Part shown: positions 16,020-20,000 of the stretch, one piece after another
Position numbering within the stretch: the stretch's first letter is position 1
How the letters are laid out: each line of letters begins with the position of its first letter
Notes under the pieces: generated by a model
Seen by the model: only the letters and a program-made list of their open reading frames with translations
What the model was told of the DNA's origin: nothing
The model's database searches: none
Program-made: the position numbers and the translations under genes
Virus record (IMG/VR): IMGVR_UViG_3300034073_002641
Location: 56,756-76,755 of that record
Strand: one strand, 5' to 3'
Origin: an uncultured virus (IMG/VR IMGVR_UViG_3300034073_002641)
Taxonomy: Duplodnaviria; Heunggongvirae; Uroviricota; Caudoviricetes
DNA: 20,000 bases

Positions 16020-17430
16020 TCCCCCCACCCCCACACGATGCTACCGCATCTGTTTGGCGGGTTGCTGCGTTCAAACTTATTTCCCCTACTGATTATGGTC
16101 TGGGTGTGGGCATAATAAAAGCCATATGGCTTAATGGTTGCCCTATTATAGACACCTAAAACCCTATAACTATATCATAAGTATTAATTTGTTTTATACC
16201 CCCAGAGGGGGTTGTATAAATTACTATATGATTGTAATGGGGCATATTTGATTTCTAACAATAGATAATGACATACCTATGTGTCATATCATATTGACAA
16301 TAAAGGTTCATTATATGTAATATATGGGCTAATTGAAGGGTGGTGATGGGGGATTACAGGCTCATTACATTCGCTACCCCCACCTTGTTCCATAACTCAT
16401 TATTTTTTGCTAGGAAAAGTATATAGTATTTTTGAGTATGTGAGGGGCAATTTTAGTTCATAATTGCCCTTTTTAACTATGTGAGGGGCAATTATGGTAT
16501 GGGGGGTATGTAGGGGCAGTTTTGCTTGGGGATTATCCCCTATTTTTGCCCCCTCCGGAGGGGTATTGTTATGTGCAAAAACTGTGCCAAACTCCCCCTG
16601 GTGACAAGATGTCACACTATATAATGTTGTGATTTATAAGGGGTTAACTATGTGGGGATAAATAAAAAGTTATTAACACCCCCTATTTAAATCACACATA
16701 ATGGCTTATAACATAGACAGTTCCCCCTAATTAAGGGGGCGTACTGACATCCTGTCGTGTTAGTAACTTTTTAGCCTGGGGTATGTTAAAGTTTGTTCCC
16801 CCTTAATTAGGGGGTCCCTCCACATAACTAATGGATGATCAGTGCATTATAGATTATTGCATAGCCCCCTAGTTAAGGGGGTTAATATTATGTTAATGTT
16901 CCCCTCCCACCATAATGTCCCTTCAGGTATAACATATTGTATGTTAGGGGCTTACACATGATCACATCCCCCGACCAGTGGGGGCAATTAAAGTTTAGTT
17001 AATGTTATCTCATTAGTTAAGGGGCTGTATTACAAGGGTTTATATATCCTAGTTAAGGGGGTGTTAATGTTTTACTAATGTTATAATGTATTATAAACCA
17101 ACCACTTAACTAGCAACCCACACAACACACTCACAATCAAACACTTACAACACAAGGGGGGACTGCCATAACGTCAGCCACCATAACGGGACCCCTACGC
17201 CCCCCTGGATGGGGTTATACCCCTGTGTGGGGCCCCCTCCCCCAGCCGTGTCCCCCCTTATAATGCATTTGTGGGGGTCAAAAGGGGCTTTAATGGCCTG
17301 TTTGACAATTAAAAAATTTGTGGTAAAATTTGCCCCCTCCCCATACAACATAAAACTTCAATTTCCCCCACACAGGTTGTAAAGGAATTTATTTGCCAAT
17401 TTCTCAAATAAAATTTTTGGGAAAAATTTA
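16020..17430. other. Long non-coding, repeat- and palindrome-rich region (candidate origin or packaging/terminal region)
   Basis: No credible ORF; many G/C runs; repeated CCCCCTARTTAAGGGGG and TATGTGAGGGGCAATT motifs. Confidence 0.7.
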
Positions 17431-17471
17431 CATAATCTATGGTTTTTATTATTATTAAGTAAAAGTATATT

Positions 17472-18209
17472 ATGGAAACAAAAGTATGTAAGAATTGCAA
17501 TATAGATTTGCCAATAACAGATTATTATAAAAAAGGAAAGAATGGATTATATTATATATGTAAAAAATGCAAAAGTGAAAAAAATAAAACATATATGGAA
17601 AAATATTTAAGTAATCCTGTTAATAGAGAAAAGATAAGAGAGAATAAGAGAAAGAATGAAAAAAAGAAAGCATTAGAGAATAGATTGATTAAGCAGAAGT
17701 TAAAGGAGGATGCTTTAATATTATTGAACATTGAGAAGGAAAAGAAGAGCCAGGAGTTAGAAAGGAAAAGACTTGCAAAAGAAGAAAGGAATAGAATGAT
17801 TGCTTATAAGAAGACAGATGAGTATAAGGTTGAACAAAAGAATAAAGATAATGCTAGAAGATATGAGAGGTGGAAGAATAAGTTTAAAAACGACCCCTTA
17901 TTTGCATTAAAGAAGAGACTACGCACTTTAATAAGGGGTTCATTTAGAAAGAGTGGCTATACCAATTTTGCAATGAAGACAGAAAGCATTGTTGGGATTA
18001 GTTATAATGAGTTTAAGATATATATGGAATCAAAATTTGTTAATGGGATGAGTTGGGATAATCGTTTAGAATGGCATATTGATCATATTATTCCATTATC
18101 CTCTGCAAAATCAGAAGATGAGTTAATTGCTTTATCTCACTATACCAATTTGCAACCCCTATGGGCAATGGATAACTTAAAGAAGGGGGCAAGGGTTGAT
18201 ATGGTTTAA
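17472..18209 (+). CDS. HNH-family endonuclease with an N-terminal Zn ribbon
   Basis: CKNC...CKKC; charged helical linker; GMSWDN..EWHIDHIIPLSSA...HYTNLQPLWA.DNLKK. Confidence 0.85.
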   Translation: METKVCKNCNIDLPITDYYKKGKNGLYYICKKCKSEKNKTYMEKYLSNPVNREKIRENKRKNEKKKALENRLIKQKLKEDALILLNIEKEKKSQELERKRLAKEERNRMIAYKKTDEYKVEQKNKDNARRYERWKNKFKNDPLFALKKRLRTLIRGSFRKSGYTNFAMKTESIVGISYNEFKIYMESKFVNGMSWDNRLEWHIDHIIPLSSAKSEDELIALSHYTNLQPLWAMDNLKKGARVDMV

Positions 18210-18216
18210 GGGGCAA

Positions 18217-18260
18217 ATAAAACCCCCCCCCATCCAGATTATGTAGATAGGGGGTTTTAT
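18217..18260. terminator. Probable bidirectional terminator
   Basis: ATAAAACCCCC (18217) / GGGGGTTTTAT (18260) inverted repeat between convergent genes. Confidence 0.7.
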
Positions 18261-18274
18261 AATACACAAAAGAT

Positions 18275-19183
18275 TTATGCTCTTTGGGTTGTGTTGTTGG
18301 GTTTTTTTGTGGCATCCACAACAGAAATATTTACTTCACCAAGTTTATTTAAATCAATGAATACGGTAGTGGTAGGGTCTTCAACAAATGGGGTATATGT
18401 GAATTTTGCAAATAAGAATGCAATGTCATCATTCTTTGTTCCATTAATTCTTAAATCACCAAAAAAATATGTAAGGTTTGTTAAATCTGGCAAAATTTTC
18501 CGCTTATCAATTGTTGTAAATCCTAAGTAATTACTCTGCCCTTCAATATATAATTTAACATTGGGGAATGTTATTTTCCCTGAATTAAAATATTCAATAA
18601 TTTTATTCTTAATGTCTGTGCCATTAGAGGTTGGGGTTAAATCTAATAGATTGCGCAAATTTTGAATTCTAGCATATGTTTCATTATCACTTTCAGTATA
18701 TTTAGTATGAGTATCATATACATTATCTTTATTATATGTTGGGGTGATTGTTTTTTCTTGTTTTGCTTTTAATGTGTACTCAATAGCATGAGCCATTTCA
18801 TGTATAATTACATTATAGAGTTCATTTATTGGAACTAATTTTCCACCCTCTTCTTTAAATAAATAAGTTATATTCAAATTAATTGGCTCATTTGGTATAT
18901 TTGGAACAAAACCAAATCTACCATCATTTGCAGAATAAAATATATATTTAATTGTTGGTATATATTTTTTTATTCCATCAACATTCTCTGGATATGCAAA
19001 CTTGGCAGTGGTTTCAGGTTTTGAGTAATGATTTAGATAATATTGTTTGGCTTTATCAAATAAAACTTTTGTTATATCATCAGCCTCTTTTTTAATATCT
19101 TCTGGTATATCAAAATTTAATTCTTGTTCATTTAATATGCCCATCATTTGCTTTATTCTATTTATATTCTCTTGTAAATTCAT
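18275..19183 (-). CDS. Putative HExxH zinc metallopeptidase with an N-terminal leader
   Basis: IIHEMAHAIE with downstream NETYAR (candidate third ligand Glu); leader MNLQENINRIKQMMGILNE. Confidence 0.65.
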   Translation of the reverse strand: MNLQENINRIKQMMGILNEQELNFDIPEDIKKEADDITKVLFDKAKQYYLNHYSKPETTAKFAYPENVDGIKKYIPTIKYIFYSANDGRFGFVPNIPNEPINLNITYLFKEEGGKLVPINELYNVIIHEMAHAIEYTLKAKQEKTITPTYNKDNVYDTHTKYTESDNETYARIQNLRNLLDLTPTSNGTDIKNKIIEYFNSGKITFPNVKLYIEGQSNYLGFTTIDKRKILPDLTNLTYFFGDLRINGTKNDDIAFLFAKFTYTPFVEDPTTTVFIDLNKLGEVNISVVDATKKPNNTTQRA

Positions 19184-19199
19184 ATTATAATTTTAATTA

Positions 19200-20000
19200 T
19201 TAATAATTTTTTTCTTTTTCACGCATTATTTCATAATAATCATGCAATTGTTGATTTGTCATATGATCTATTTCAAAATCATGTATTGCATAAACCCTTC
19301 TTTTTGTTGTATTAGGTAAAAATACTGTCCTATAAAAATCCTCAATCCTTTCATCAAGATAATCTTCCTTTTCAATAGGTGTGGTAATATTAAATTCATC
19401 TTCTGTTAAGGCAACATCTTCCAAATCAGTATCATCCAAGTTTGGTTTCCAATTAAAATATCTTGAAATTTGTTTATCAATATATTCTTCCCTCTCAGAA
19501 TTTGTTATCATATTAATTTCAATGTTATTTAATTTTGTCCCCCTATTTAATTTAGCCAAAATAGTTTGTCTTGTTTCAGAATTTTTTGATGTAACTATAT
19601 TTCTTGTGCTATCAGGATTTAAACAACTTAATAACTTATATTCCCCATCCATATTTTGAACTTTTTCCAAAACATAATCCAGGTAATCTATGAATTTTTT
19701 TGGGTTATCAATTTCTCCATATGTCTTAGCCTCTGGGTATAATATAACATCCTGGTCATTTTTAATATTAACATAAGGTTTAACCAAAATCCTTGCCAAG
19801 GGGTTGGATAATGTTTCATCATTTGCATTTGTTAGATATACAGCAATTGTACCATTTTCAATATCTTTCTTAACAAACTCTCTAAATTTCCCATCTACTA
19901 GATGCATACAACTCCTCCAAGTTCTACCATAAGACATTCCAGCAATATCATATGGGTGTCTTGCAAATATAATAATTAGCCCAAGTTTTTTTTCCATTGC
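19200..20000 (-). CDS. Phage hypothetical protein (probably partial, frame open to the right edge)
   Basis: RHPYDIAGMS.GR.W.SCM...DI..GT..VYL...D....NP.ARIL.KPY motifs; no stop before the window end. Confidence 0.7.
   Translation of the reverse strand, partial: AMEKKLGLIIIFARHPYDIAGMSYGRTWRSCMHLVDGKFREFVKKDIENGTIAVYLTNANDETLSNPLARILVKPYVNIKNDQDVILYPEAKTYGEIDNPKKFIDYLDYVLEKVQNMDGEYKLLSCLNPDSTRNIVTSKNSETRQTILAKLNRGTKLNNIEINMITNSEREEYIDKQISRYFNWKPNLDDTDLEDVALTEDEFNITTPIEKEDYLDERIEDFYRTVFLPNTTKRRVYAIHDFEIDHMTNQQLHDYYEIMREKEKNY

Noticed and set aside
16030..16085. GC-rich stretch ending GCGTTCAAAC resembling a tRNA T-loop
   Set aside because: I could not build a cloverleaf or acceptor stem; tRNAscan-SE or ARAGORN would settle it.
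15977..17500. Short ORFs 15977-16159, 16400-16615, 17145-17351 and 17309-17500
   Set aside because: Most are Pro/Gly-biased translations of G/C runs, atypical for this genome; the last overlaps the HNH start in antisense. The region is better read as non-coding.
15187..19659. ORFs 15187-15516, 18088-18321, 18291-18530 and 19381-19659
   Set aside because: They are antisense to or overlap motif-bearing genes.

Overview
AT-rich, gene-dense segment that looks like part of a large (jumbo-type) dsDNA phage of a Bacteroidota host. Support: no Shine-Dalgarno motifs, A-rich starts, a TAnnTTTG promoter, modular hypothetical families and homing endonucleases. Standard genetic code. The dominant structure is two head-to-tail arrays (675-4147 and 8433-12111) holding about 35 small (50-81 aa, one double-length), divergent, translationally coupled ORFs. 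Nearly all begin M-[KRE]-[NS]-[IV], end in a QV/QI..NLK-like basic tail and show 4-residue (xVxx) periodicity. Their junctions are much more conserved than their cores. Array 1 directly follows the 3' end of a DUF6745-like (CPST-motif) gene and its usual QGDV partner, and is interrupted by an HNH gene. Between and after the arrays are modular phage hypothetical proteins, a GIY-YIG endonuclease and a thermonuclease. The right end has minus-strand, probably late/virion genes (a GH108-like muramidase and an HExxH peptidase sharing an N-terminal leader), an HNH gene, and a 1.4-kb non-coding region rich in palindromes and iteron-like repeats (candidate origin or packaging/terminus site). Family assignments are from motif recognition only; no database search was run.
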